From the human T2T-CHM13v2.0 reference genome, Homo sapiens: 64,000 nucleotides of DNA. Below, one piece after another: positions 15,030-29,984 of the stretch. Location of the stretch: assembly GCF_009914755.1 (NCBI RefSeq), contig NC_060927.1; one strand, given 5' to 3'. The notes under the pieces were generated by a model that was given only the letters and a program-made list of their open reading frames with translations, was not told where the DNA came from and made no database searches. A program made the position numbers and the translations under genes. How positions within the stretch are numbered: the stretch's first letter is position 1; each line of letters begins with the position of its first letter.

Positions 15030-15195
15030 TTTTGTTTTGTTTTGTATTTTTGGAGATTGCTCTGTGTCCTGGGCTGGGGTACAGTGATGCAACCATAGCT
15101 CACTGTAACCTTAAACTCCTGGGCTCAAGCAATCCTTCCACCTTAGCCACCAAAGTGGTTAGAACTACAGGCATGCACCACCACACCCAGCTAAG
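15030..15195 (-). mobile_element. AluJ right arm (FRAM-like) abutting the next Alu
   Basis: Single right monomer ending cccagctaa directly before the tail of the next Alu. Confidence 0.85.
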
Positions 15196-15495
15196 TTTTT
15201 TGTTTGTTTTTGGAGACAGGGTCTCACTGTGTCACCCAGACTGGAGTATAGTGTCACGAGCATGGCTCACTACAGCCTCGACCTCCTGGGCTCAACCAGT
15301 CCTCCTGCCTCAGCCTCCCGAGTAGCTGGGACTACAAGGCATGTTCTGTCACACCCAGCTAATTTTTGTATTTTCTGTAGAGTTGGGGTTTCTCCATGTT
15401 TCCCAGGCTGGTCTCCAACTCCTGGTCTCAAGCAGTCTTGCCACCCCAGCCTTCAAAAGTGCTGGGATTACAGGTGTGAGCCACTGCGCCTGACC
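15196..15495 (-). mobile_element. AluJ, full length
   Basis: Reverse dimer with J diagnostics (cagcctcgacctcctgggctcaa). Confidence 0.9.
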
Positions 15496-15512
15496 TTGAT
15501 GTCTTACACTAA

Positions 15513-15872
<360 letters not shown>

Positions 15873-15924
15873 CCTGGATGTAATTTTTAAAACCAGACTC
15901 ATTTCAAATTCTGTCTTAGTGTAA

Positions 15925-16155
<231 letters not shown>

Positions 16156-17153
16156 TAACCGCTTTAAAGAAATAATTTAATACTTTTTATGATGTTTGTA
16201 TTACATTGTCCTTTGATTTGAGTTGCAACTGTTATTTACACCTTCTTTCCCTGTTTGCAAGCGATTGTTTTAGGATCATGTTCTTTTCAGTGGTTTTGCT
16301 GTAAAGGAATCACTTCATTTCTGATTATTGCATTTACAAAAATGATTGTTTCTTGTCTTCCTTGAACTGTGTTTTATCATTTGATGCTGTGATTCACTGT
16401 GCTCCTAAAACATTTCCATCTGCCTGTTTTGTGATCTTTCTATTTTAGATCACCATGCCACAGCTGCTTGGATAGCCTTCTGTCACCTATTTTCAATAGT
16501 GTCATATAGCATCCCGCATGGTTTCAAGGATGGTAAATTGGCTAGACTCCAGGGCTTGCTCTGTAATCCTGCCTTGTCTGTTAATGTCAGGTGTATCTCA
16601 CAGCTGATGCTGATGAAACTGCTTAAAGAAATCAGATATGATCTTTAGCAGAGCCAAATCTCATTTCCATATGTGGGTTTAAGTTCTGTTTTGATCAGCT
16701 TCTTGAGGGCAGAGTCCTCAAAGTCCTACATCATGGAATGCAAGATTGTGTGGTAGAGACAAAAGTCGTAGTAATTTAGAAAAACCATCAGCTTCTTGTA
16801 CTGGCTTCTCACAGATTGTTGCACTTGAGCACATTACATCTGTATGCTGGATGAATAGGAAGTTTTTCAATAAAGGAGGACATTCCAAAAATAGGTAACA
16901 GCTTAGCCTGATACATAAGTGGTAGCTGCTATTATTGTCATCATTTTGTTTTTATTATTATGATTGTGAGAACTGGATAAATTGGGAAGGAAAGTAAAAC
17001 AAACTAAATTTTTTCAACTTATTTGATGCAAAGCTAGTTCTAAAATCGAATAGAATTACAAACATTTATTAGTGTGGATCATGTCTGAATGCTCAGGCTA
17101 TTTATCTCTTTAACACTATTTCATATAAGTAGTTGTCTTTAATAATTGTAGAA

Positions 17154-17492
17154 TGTCTTAGCCTGTTTGGAATGCCGTAACAAAATACCATAAACTGGGT
17201 GGCTTATAAACAACAGAAATTTCTTTCTCATTTTTCTGGAGGCTGGGAAGTCCAAGATTGAGGCACTGGCAGATTTGGTGTCTAGTGAGGGTCCCCTTCC
17301 TTGTTTATAGAACAGCACCCTCTCCGTGGCTCCTCACAGGGTGGAAGGGGCAACCAAGCTGCCTCAAGCTTCTTTTCTAAGGGATCCTGACCTCATTACC
17401 TCCCAAAGGCCCCACCTCCGAATGCAATCAGGTTGGGGGTTAAGATCTCAACATATGAATTTAGCGGGGACACGAACATTCGGACCATAGCA
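17154..17492 (-). mobile_element. MLT1A0-like solo LTR (ERVL-MaLR)
   Basis: tgtcttag..ctgggtggcttataaacaacagaaattt..ggggacacgaacattcggaccatagca; TG...CA ends. Confidence 0.85.
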
Positions 17493-19756
17493 GAAAGTAT
17501 CCGTAAAGGAATAAGAATGATTACAGGTAGTTCGGTTCTTAAAAGGCGTGAGTTTATTCTGTAGATGAATAATAAAACTGTTTGTCTAATTGGTATTACC
17601 AAACCAGAACAATTCAGCTATTATATTTATTTTCATGGATTTATTTAAATGTATAATGAGTTTTTAATATGAGACAAGCATATTGAAGTGAATTTTTACA
17701 TATTAAGAGCCATCGTCACATTATTGTTTGACAGATACTGCTTTTGAAAGTAAGCTAATCAGTTCATTTTTGTCAAGTATTTTATATACTCAGAGTAGGG
17801 AGTAGAATTTTGAATTTGAAGTAGAATGACTGTTTTCCTCTGTCAATACATATGGCTTATATTTTAGATTTGCTGGCCATTCAGTTTTCATACATTGTGA
17901 CCTGTTGTCAGAACCCATATCTTCATACTTGGATCAGAAAATACAATTCCTGTTAATAGTGGTCCCTGCTGCCTGACCTTCTGATCAGTTACAGTTTACC
18001 CAAGTTGCTGAATTAGAAAGCATTTTAAAGTACCTGCTATTTGAAAAGTACCTATAAAGGATTATGAAAAAGAACTCTATTTGAGGCTAATATCTACAAA
18101 GACTTTCTGATTTCAGGGTAGGAGTAGAGTTCAAAATGAAGCAAAGTTTAAGACGCACATATGCAGATGCTATTAGCAGTACTTGTTTCTGGGAAGACTA
18201 AATGTAGTATTCCTATTCCTGATGGTTTAAATAGACTGGTTATAGATTTCTGTGGTTACAGGGCAGACGTTGTAATAGAGGCTATGAGATTTTCTTCACA
18301 TAAAGCACTAAGTACTATTTCTTTCTTTGTATTTATTCTTTAGTTCTTTTCAAAAGGTGAATTGGATTAGATTTTGCTTCTATCTCAGGTAAATCCCCTA
18401 CTTTCAACCTCTGCAAATTTGCTACTCTTTTATTGTGTCTGTAAAAACCAACCTTGCATGAATTGTGTCCCTTAAGTGCTATGATTGTGATTCCCTTTTT
18501 TATCTATAGGACACAGTTTTCTCATGTTTGTCTTTTCTTGTCATGGCCTTTTTTAAGTGAAATGACATATCAGAAAAGATCATGATGAGGCCCCAAAATA
18601 GTCTGGCAATTTTGTATAAAATTAGTCCCTGTTATCAATGGCTCATGTTTCTCTCTTTCTTTACCATCTTTAATTATTTGTGTGTGTGTTTTTGCTGTTA
18701 GGTATTGTTTTAAGCACTCAACCGTTGAAGTGTAGGTATGAAGTGCCTGACAGGCCATTGAAAATAAACGAAGATAAATTACAGTTGTAGCAGAGGTTTC
18801 AGTCCTTGTTATTCTTGATATGATACCCTCATTGTCTCTGGCGAATTCCTGTAGACCTTTAAAGTGGCTTGTCAAATTGCTTAACAGAATTAGACTTTTT
18901 CTCTAATGCTGCTAGTGGGGTCACATCTAGAATTGTCTTTCAATGTGATCTAAAAATAACATACTGCAAAATTACAGAAGAGACATTTGGATGAAAACAA
19001 CCAAATGACTGAGAGGAATAGCCATTAAAGAGGACAAAAAAATTCCTGAAAAACTGAAACTTAGTTTCAAGCAAATGGAATTGGGCCTTATGCTGCTTTT
19101 TCCAAAACACCTGATAATTCTCAGCTACCTAAGAAAAATTACCAAACCTTTTTCAAAGAAATTAAGGTCTGTGCTGCAATACTGTTCTTTGCAGTATTGG
19201 CTCATAATCACATTAGGGAGTAAATATTCTAAGACTATTAGTAAATAAGGACTGCTTAAGCAATATTTGCCTGCTTCTATAATTATATTGTAATTACATT
19301 TTATCATAGACAGTGAAATATGTAGCACCTTTTGCAGGTGGAATTCTCACTGCTGGTTTGCCTTAAAATATTGGCATTTGGGGATATTCTCTCTGCTAAT
19401 TAATATTGTTTGTTCTCTTACATCTCTGTTCATAATGAGACAGCTCTCTGTTAGACATAGAGAAGTTATCTCACTTGAGAACCTTATGATATCTATTTAC
19501 AAGTGCATTTTTGTGGAAATATAATTTTAAAGAATGTCCGAGAGGTTTTAAAGCTTTTATTAGCACCTTAAAATATATGTAGCATTTTTTCATTTTATTG
19601 CAAAGCTACATGTTAATACTCTAATGCTAATGAAATATTTCAGATTATTTTATGCATTAGAAAACAATTTCTTTGACATCAGCTTCCATTCCATTTATTT
19701 AAATAGTATTTTTTAAAAAAAATATTTGGTCTTTGTTTTATTAAAAACATAATTCA

Positions 19757-20164
<408 letters not shown>

Positions 20165-20399
20165 TTACCTCCTCTGCCATCCCTACAATAATCTATATTT
20201 TTTTGTCATAAATAAAAAGAGTATCACTTACTAGGGAGCAGATGAGATCACAGCCTCAAGCAATCCTGCGGAGCACCACCTGGCAGAGGCTGGCTTCCTG
20301 TATTTGCTCAAGCAAGCTCTGTGAGTTGTGCTTCCTTATTGTCATGGATCTCTTTTCATGGTGCATCCCCATTCCTACATTTAATCACACACATCTCAG

Positions 20400-21137
<738 letters not shown>

Positions 21138-21148
21138 TGAACTAGTAT

Positions 21149-21859
21149 TGATGTGGATAAGAGGAAGGGAAATACTGGGTAGAAGTGGGCAGTTCCCCAG
21201 CAAAGGCCCCACCCCTAAGCCTGGAAACCGAGGCCCTGAATGAGAACAGTTATCCCTGTTTTCCCTCCCAAATGTTACATTTTTGGTCTGCCCTGCCTCC
21301 CTCCCCACTTATCCTGTACCCATATTAACCCCAAACCTCAGCTGGTAGAGACGCAAAGCAGCTGAACATCAAGAGGAGTCGCAGCACTGATTGTCGGAGA
21401 CTACAGATAGATGTGGCTTAAGTTGAGACAACATGGCTTCAGGGAAGGATCACCTTCTTCCTGCACCATCCCCTTTCCAGCTCCCCTTTTGCTGAGAGCC
21501 ACTTCCACTGCTTAATAAAATCCTCTGCATTCATCACCTTTCAGACCTTCATGTGACCTGATCCTTCCTAGATGCTGAACACGAACCCAGGTACCAAGAG
21601 GGCAGAGTGTAAAAGGCTGTCTTCCTGACTCTCCACTGAGCTGGTTAACAGCTGTCTGCAGATGGCAGCTGCTAAAAGAGCATTAATTGTAACATACCCT
21701 TAGACAGTGCTGTGGGGCCAGAGCCCAAAAGCACTTCTGCACCTGCTTGCCTGTGTGCTCCCTCTCCCACAAGGGGTTTGAGCTCAGTGGTGGCCAGGTA
21801 AGCGAGCCATACCCCTGTTGCAAGTCCCACAAAGGGGTCAAGGGAACTCTCCCATCTTG
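21149..21859 (+). mobile_element. ERV1 solo LTR of the LTR27/LTR28/MER52 group (LTR27-like)
   Basis: Starts tgatgtggataagaggaagggaaatactgggtagaag..aaaggccccaccc; internal AATAAA ~21514; ends aaggggtcaagggaactctcccatc; near-TSD gtat/ttat. Confidence 0.8.
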
Positions 21860-23414
21860 TTATCTTGTTGTATATGAACATGACAAGAAACATCATTATA
21901 TCTTTGCTTTTGGCGTTCATGCTTACCTATATGTAGACCACAATTGTAATCATTCAATTTGAATAAATAAGTAATAATGTAGATATACAAGTTTATATCT
22001 GTATATATAATAATGGTTATATAACAACTAATACTTCTTCAATGCTTATTGTTTGTTTATGAAATGCTATTTGTTTTACATACATTGGAAACATTTAATC
22101 CTTAAAATAATTCTATGTGGTTAGGTATATTATCACTATTTTGCAGATGATAAATCTGAATCCTTGGTTTCAGGATGGTTGTTTACTTACCCAAAGTCAT
22201 ACAGCCAGCCAGTAGCATTTTGTCACACTTCATAGTTGGAGTTCTTATCTACATTATAAGTTAATGATTAGGTAATTCCTAGAAGTCAGCCTAAGTTGCC
22301 AGTTATATTAACTGCTACTTAAACTATACATTTTTAAATCTCAGTTCTGTAATAATAGTAGGTTTGCAATAGACTTAGAATGTATATGCAAACCATAGTT
22401 CAGGAATGTGGCCACAGTATGCCTGTGTATTAGCACATTCACTTGTCATCAAAATTTTTGTTGGGCATCTACTATATGCTGGATACAGGCATGATGCAAA
22501 CATTTAAAAATATGGCCACTGTCACAGGAGGCTTAAAATCTTGTTATGAACCCAGTTAATGAAGTGTTTGCACTATTATGCATTTGGATTTTTAGTTGAC
22601 TCATTAAAATAAACTAAATAAATTAATAAATAAATTACATTCAGGTATTTCTTGCCATCTGATTTTCTTTTGTTTCCTAAGCTTATATACTGAGAGATAC
22701 TGCATTAACCGCATATTTTTGGCTTCTGAAATTTGAAGAGCCAGTAGCAGTGAAAGCTTGAAGAGCCAGAGAAAACAGCCTCATCTCAGAGAGTTTATTC
22801 TTGAGTTTGGGTAGTGTGAGTTCAGTTAGGGAGAGTTTGGATTGTGAGGGATGTGTATATCATGTCTTAAAATAGTATATCAATAATAAATAGAACGAAA
22901 GGGTGATTTAAGACGTTATTACCCCTCCACCATTGTTCTATTATGTACCCATTGAATATAAAGATATTCCTCAGGAATATCTATTCCTCTCCAAAAATAA
23001 TTGTCACAGTAATTTAATAACTGAATTTTGTATACATCTTAATGTTCTGTTTGTGCTGGCTTACATATATGTAAGTAAAATGGTTTATCATGTTTTAATA
23101 CCCAAGTATTGGGTATTAGAAGAATTGAAAGATTATCTACATAACAAGAGTGTATAGTCTTGAAAAAGTGGAGTCTGTTATGCATTATGCTTAGACAGAT
23201 GGCAGAATGGAAAGCCCTCTTTTAAAATCAGCTTTTATAGTATGGCCTAGCGAATAATATATAACATTATGCTAGCACACTCAACCAATTTGTTTACTCA
23301 TTCACTCAACAAATTGAGTGCCTGATATGCATGAGACTGTGTAAACTGTATCTGCTTGGTGCCTGGCCCCTGGAGATTAAAATCCAGTTGAGTTTTCTAC
23401 TATTCAAGAGATAG

Positions 23415-23750
23415 TATTTGTAGTCTGGAAACAAGTAGCTTGGGTTTGCATTCTGGCTCTTCTACTTACTAGCTGCTTAGCCTTGGGTGAACTGTTGAAC
23501 CTCTTTATTTCTCAGTTTCCTCTTATAGTTTAAAAAAAAACAAAACAGGAAGAAGAAGAGGGAGGGGGATGATATTAAGAGCATCTACCTTATGGAGTTT
23601 TATGATGTTAATAAACAAATGTATGGAGAGTTTTAGAACAGAATATTGCATGGTCTAATTAGAGCAGAATATTACCTAGTTAATTAAATAAACAAATATA
23701 TGAAGAAGTTTTAGAGCAGAATATTGCCTAGTAAAATGTTAGCTCTTTTT
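23415..23750 (+). mobile_element. MIR with internal tandem duplications
   Basis: ctggctcttctacttactagctg..ccttgggtgaactgttgaacctc..ctcagtttcctc core. Confidence 0.75.
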
Positions 23751-23759
23751 ATTATTTTA

Positions 23760-24330
23760 ATGTGGAGACAGATGCTTAGAAAAACTGCACGTTAAGAGGT
23801 TCTGGGCTTAGTCCAGAAGGGTCAAGAATGACTTTCCTTGAGATATGATATGGGTCTGAGAAGTGAAAGATGAATAATATTGACAGATTGAGAAGAGAGA
23901 GGAGTAGAGTAAGAAAATCCCAGGCTGAGAACAGCAAGTCTGAAGGCCAGGAAGGGGCAAGTCAGAGTGGCTGAGGACAAGTATAGGCCACAAGTGCTAA
24001 GTGAGGATGCGGCAGAAGTGGCGATGGAGGCCAAATCTTACAGAGCCTTGGGAAGCCTGTGAAGGAAGATTATCATAAAAGCAAGAAAGTGACACAATCA
24101 GATTCTCATCTTACAGAGATCCCTCTACATGCGTTCTGCAAAATGTATGTGGGGAGCACAACCAGATGGCTGTTGAAGGTAAAAGATGATAGCTTGGACT
24201 AAGGTGGGAAACAGATAGAAGTGGATAAATCAAATTATATTTAGGGGATAAAATAGACATGACTTAATGATTTATTGGATAAGAAGTATGAGGGAGAGGA
24301 ACTGTCTGTGAAGACTCCCAAAAGTATCAG
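23760..24330 (-). mobile_element. L2 fragment
   Basis: Purine-rich antisense L2 motifs (gggtctgagaagtgaaagatgaat..acagcaagtctgaaggcc..tagcttggactaaggtgg..gatttattggat). Confidence 0.65.
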
Positions 24331-24428
24331 ATAGATGACAAATAGATTACAGATAAGTCAGGAAAGTGAGGGAATGTCCTAAGAAGATGCTCAGGATATA
24401 TGAGAGTTTGCTGATAAGAAGTTTAGAG

Positions 24429-24617
24429 CAGTGATTCTCAAGATGTGGTCGCTGGACCAGCAGCATCAGTATCACCTGGGTGCTTGTTAGACTTGTAAAT
24501 TATCAGGTCCTGCCCTGGATTTATAGAGTCAGAAACCCTGGGTGTGATGTCTCCCTAATCTGTGTTTTAACAAGTTTGCATGTGATTTGAATGCACAGTA
24601 AAGTTTGAGAACCACTG
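24429..24617. mobile_element. MER5A (hAT-Charlie MITE), full length
   Basis: TIRs cagtgattctcaa / ttgagaaccactg; 8-bp TSD gtttagag/ttttagag. Confidence 0.9.
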
Positions 24618-24712
24618 TTTTAGAGGCACGGTGGAAAAGTTGAGGAAGAGGGACAAATGAATGTTAGAGTCAAGCCAAGGACTTAATTTTATGAAACAAT
24701 AATGCTTTCACA

Positions 24713-25031
24713 TAGGGGTCAGCAAACTGTAGCCAGTGGGCCACATCTGGCCGACTACCTGTTTTTGGACAGTCCACAAGCTAAAAATGGCTTTTACAGT
24801 TTTTTTAATGGTTAAAAAAATCAAATGACTATTATATGACACATGAAAATGATATGAAATTCACATTTTAATATTCATAAAGTTGTATCGGGACACATTT
24901 GCACTTACTCACTTACATATTGCCTACATCTGCTTTTGTACTACAATGCAAGAGTTGAATAGTTCTGACAAAAAGTACACAAGGCTGAAAATTCTATCTA
25001 GCCCTTTATAGAAAAATATTGCTAACACCTG
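24713..25031 (+). mobile_element. MER58B-like (hAT-Charlie MITE)
   Basis: aggggtcagcaaact..gggccacatctggcc..ccctttatagaaaaatattgctaacacctg. Confidence 0.85.
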
Positions 25032-26164
25032 CCTTAGAGCATTACTGTATTTGTTGACTGATGAAAACAGAAAAAAGCAGCATGGGGAGTTTAATACTCT
25101 GGTCTGTAGGCAGAGGATGGACTGTGTGCATAATGGACAGATGTCTAAGCTTGCTTGGTTTGGAAAGATGCGTGCAAACAGCATGGTCCTTGTTTTCTGC
25201 CGTATGTGGGCCTGCAGTCCCAGAACACGCAATTTTGCCTAAGATAGTAATTTACCTGGTTCTTTTTGTAACAAGTTTTGGAGAGAGAGTTTTTATGAAA
25301 ATGGATCAATATTTATTTTATACAGTGATGTTTTATCAACAGTGTTGAAAGTACGTTGTGTAAAAATATTGTATATTTTTACGAAATTGTGTAAATGGTC
25401 TGCTGAGGTCCTCAAGCATGTTCACCATGAGTATGACTTTACAGTTTGCTGGGTAACGTTCAGCCTTATCATGGGAAAAAAGTGAACTTTGGAAATTCTT
25501 GCTTTTGGTAATGGTGGATGAGCTTGTTATAGACCGTGCTTCCTGCCAAGAACAACTAGAAAAACTGAGGAAGACAAAATCTGTTTGATGGCAGTGAGGA
25601 CTTGAGGTATCAGGATTCTAGAGAAGGAAGTACAGAGGGAGAGACTCAACTCTGTCCCTACCGTTAATCCTCAGTCATTCGCTAATTCTCAGCAGTAGCT
25701 AAGAATCTGAGCAGAACTCTGGTACTGTTCTGGAGCCAGAGGTTAAAAATTGGAATCCAGAGATTGCTAAGAAGGAGTGGTCCAGGTAAACAGCCAGGTT
25801 TTCATTTCGATCCCCAAAAGGTAGAACAGCACTCAGAAGGTGTTCTACCTTTGAATAGCCAGCTTTCAGTCCACTCAATTCTTGATTGGAATAAGGTGAT
25901 CTGCCAGAGTATTGCTTTGATTTTGCTATTGTTACACCAGCCTCTAAATCAGCAAAGCTATTGAGCCCAATAATTAAGTCCTCTGTGTGGACCCTAGGAA
26001 TAATAATCAAACCAGTGGGGAGGAAAAGCCCTCCTCTTCTGAAATAGCAGAACAGGAAGAGAAAGATCATTTTCTACTTCTTGTGTCATGGAGGTTAAAG
26101 GTGGGAAGCCCATAAGAAGCCTGAGACTTGGTCAGAAGGAGGAGCGGCTCTTTGTATAGATGAA

Positions 26165-26252
26165 CGTGTTGAGAACCACCTTTATCCCTCACAGCTTCCA
26201 TCTTAAAATGTATTTAGAACTACCTTTATCCCTCACAGCTTTCCTCTTAAAA
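26165..26252. repeat. 44-bp tandem duplication (2 copies)
   Basis: ..agaaccacctttatccctcacagcttccatcttaaaa repeated with a few mismatches. Confidence 0.9.
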
Positions 26253-27334
26253 AGCAGCCAAACAACAGAAAATCCATCCAGGTCTGGATTCTAGTAAAGT
26301 CATTTCCGGATACCAACTAGGTCGCTTTGAGGTGGAGTTTCAGCACCTAAAAATCCCCTGCTTTGCAGTGAAGGGTAAGATGAGAGAAACAGGCAATTGG
26401 AGTCATTCTGTTTTTTCCTTTTTGTTCCAGGGTAGTTACATGTACTTAATTTGTTTGAAACATGCAAGTAGATTATGGAACATTAATATAAGCTGTCTAT
26501 AAGTTATCCAACCTATCCGAGAAGCATTCAACAGTAGTCACTGTGTATTTGGGTGAATTAGAATATAATTGACTTCTCTAGTAGACTTTTGAGCTGAGTT
26601 CATCCTTCTGGTTTGTTGACTCCTCACCTGGTTCTCTATCGAATTCATATTTTGGAAGTCATACCTCTTTTTTTATTGTTAGTTTTTAAGGGTGAATCCA
26701 GAATCTTCTTTAATTTCTAATGCTAACAAGGGCATAGTCTTAAGTTTTCTGTTTACTTTATTCTGAACTGCAAAACTAGGAAGGAGAATCGGGGTATAAG
26801 TGCTCTCTGTTCTGTCAGCTCACATGCTTCGTAGCATAAGCAGGTGTGTGATGATTATTTCAGAGCAAAAGGAAAGACTTAGTAAAATTTGTATGTATGT
26901 ATTCAATTTGATTATAGCTTCACTAAATATACAAGTGAATATAATGAAATGGAATTTCATGCAACTCAATTAAATTAGCTTCTTTACCACCATATTAATT
27001 ATCCAAATTTTATTAATTTGAAATATTTTCTTACATTGTTACTTTAACAACAAATGCGTCTTCAAATTAATCATCTCTTCTGTGTATTGAAGAATAGTTC
27101 TTTTGATTGTTGTGCTCTTTAAGACTTTTTAATGCATTTTCTATATTTAGTTATTTCACAAATTAGTATAATGGCTATAATTATAATAATTTCTTCTAGT
27201 ATATGGCAGAACTTAATTTTGCCTATGAATTTGTAAACATTTCCAGAAGATAGAATATCTTAAGAATGGATTTAAAATTTGGGATTTGGGCCAGGATCAA
27301 AGTTCTTGACCTCATAGTTTCAAGCATTTATTTT

Positions 27335-27528
27335 TTATATATATATATATGTATATATATACGTATATATATATATAGCATTTTATTTTATCTATATAAA
27401 ATAAAAAATTATATATGTATGTATATGTGTATAGTATATATACGTGTACATACACTGTATACGTCGTATACATACATGTATATACACATACATACATATA
27501 CATATACAGACACACACATATATATATA
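27335..27528. repeat. Complex (TA)n/(TATG)n/(CATA)n simple repeat
   Basis: Directly visible. Confidence 0.95.
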
Positions 27529-27569
27529 ATTTCCAAACAGGCTTTACTAAACCCCCTGAGGTCTCATGA

Positions 27570-27835
27570 CACAGTAGAAAATCATGATTTAGTAGAAAGA
27601 GCATGGTCGTAGGAATCCAGTAGATCAGTAGACCTGAGTTAGAGTCCCAAATCTGCCACTTTCAATCTGTATGGCCTCAGGCAAGTTACTTAACCTTTCT
27701 GTCTCTCTGTTTCTTTATAAAATGGAGATAATAATAGTAACTTCTTCATAGGAGTAAATAACATAATACAGGGATAAATAACATAAAATACAACAACGTT
27801 TGACTCATAGTGAGCACTCAATAAATGTTGTTATT
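27570..27835 (+). mobile_element. MIR
   Basis: agacctgagttagagtcccaaatctgccact..ggcaagttacttaacctttct..taaaatggagataataatagta..gagcactcaataaatgtt. Confidence 0.85.
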
Positions 27836-28379
27836 CTTCTTAAGAACAAAAAAAATATGATTTTTATTACTTCATCCCTGCTGTAGCCAAGCATTATGCA
27901 GGACAGGGGGGATGTGGTCACAAACCAATGTGGGTGGACAAGTGGGAGCTAGAAAGGTGAACAATAGAGTGTGATACCTGCTTTAAGTAGAGACTTGTGC
28001 AATGTGCTGGCTCTTGTGAGAAGTGGCTAACTCCCATTACATCATTTCCTCTTCCTGACACTTTTCCAGTGTATGATTATGCCCATTTACAGATCCAGAG
28101 AGGGTTATAATTGAAACATCAGTCCTCAGACCCCTAATCTTGTCATATATGATCGATCGTGCTACAGTTCTATAGTGAATGAATGCCAGGTAAAATAAAC
28201 AGCTTTTTGAGCACTTACTAAGCATTTAAAGCATTTTCTCACTTTTTGTGGGAGAATACAGAGGAATTGGAAGACCTAGTTGTCATCAAGAAGCTTACAG
28301 ATATGGGATGGCTAAATAAAAAAGTCAATTCAGATTGTATGACAAGATAGTGACTACAGATAACTACTAATAAGTAATT

Positions 28380-28815
28380 ACTGGTAAACTTTTGAACAAT
28401 TTTGAAAATTGTGAACAATAACACTTAGAAAAATGGAGATGAATAAATGTACTGCATAATGAGTTATTATAAAGTGAACATCCATTAACTGCCACCCAGG
28501 TTGTAAAATAGGACATTGCCAGCTTCCCCCCTCCAAGAAATCTCCCACATTCCCTTTCCCAATCATAACCACTTCTTTTCTCCCATAGGTAACCACTGTT
28601 TGTTATAATCACTTCCTGGATTTTCTTTATAGTTTTACCATCTCAATACATGGGATCATATACCATCTACATTTTGGTGTCTGGCTTCTTTGTTGGACAT
28701 TAAGTTTTTAAGATTTATCCATGTTGTAGGGAACTGTAATTTGTTCATTTTCTTTGAAGTAGTATTCCATTTATAACTATAGCACATTTATCTATTTCAC
28801 TGTTGGTGAACATTT
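28380..28815 (-). mobile_element. Old L1ME-type 3' fragment
   Basis: aaagtgaacatcc..aaaataggacattgccagc..ggtaaccact..tgtctggcttcttt..agatttatccatgttg..tagtattccatt. Confidence 0.7.
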
Positions 28816-29040
28816 TAATATAATGGTTTTTTTAAGCTCCAGACTCCAGGAGATGCCTGTTTCTTTTTTCATTCTCAGACATTGTTACTTTCGTTCAGTT
28901 GAAGATGTCACACATACCTATTCCCTTGTGTAGAGTGAAAACTAATTTCTCCCTAATTCTTTCTAGAATGATAAATACTATCATTTTTCTCCTCGGTCTG
29001 TTATATAGCCACTTCTTACAATGTTGATTTCTATTGTTCA

Positions 29041-29365
<325 letters not shown>

Positions 29366-29984
29366 CTTGGAAAGTGGGATTCCTTAACACCTTTGGATTT
29401 TTCCAAAGTAATCACTATGTTTTGGAATGTCTAATCTCATCATCTTGGTCTTTTTGCTCTGCCCAGCTTTGGGAATGGCTGGCTTATCATGAAGAGCCTA
29501 AGAATTCTGATTTTAAGGGAAATATCATAGTGATAACTTGTGGTGGGAAAAGTTAGAAGACAGATGTTTTCCATGAATACTTGTGGAGAACTGAGTATAC
29601 ATTATAGGTATGTATATTAAAGGAATGTGTGTCTTAAGTGAACATTTCATCTTAACTCCATGTTGATGTCAAAATGATACTTTACTTAGGTAGTTTTTAC
29701 TTTGTTACCAGTAGTGTAAGTATTCTGAAACTGTTAGAAATTGTTTCTCTGCCTGGAAATTTCAAGAAATTCGGAAGACAGGGTTTTATAGCAGTGCCTT
29801 CACATGGGGGATGCATCTTATTTCTTTATAATGATCTGGGTTTAAACCTTGAAATCAAGTCCCAGAAACACAAACTTTATGAATCAAATACTTATTATAA
29901 ATATTAATGTAATTGTCAGAAAACTGGTAGAATAAGAACTTTTTCTTAGATAAAAATAAAAACTGTGTGTGTTGAATTTGAAAT

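Noticed and set aside
23610-23732. CRISPR-like repeat-spacer array
   Set aside because: Eukaryotic DNA, only 2-3 degenerate copies and no regular unique spacers; these are local duplications.
25699-26070. 123-aa minus-strand ORF
   Set aside because: No recognisable homology; it adjoins what looks like an old L1M 5' remnant (~25490-25750), which was itself too uncertain to list.
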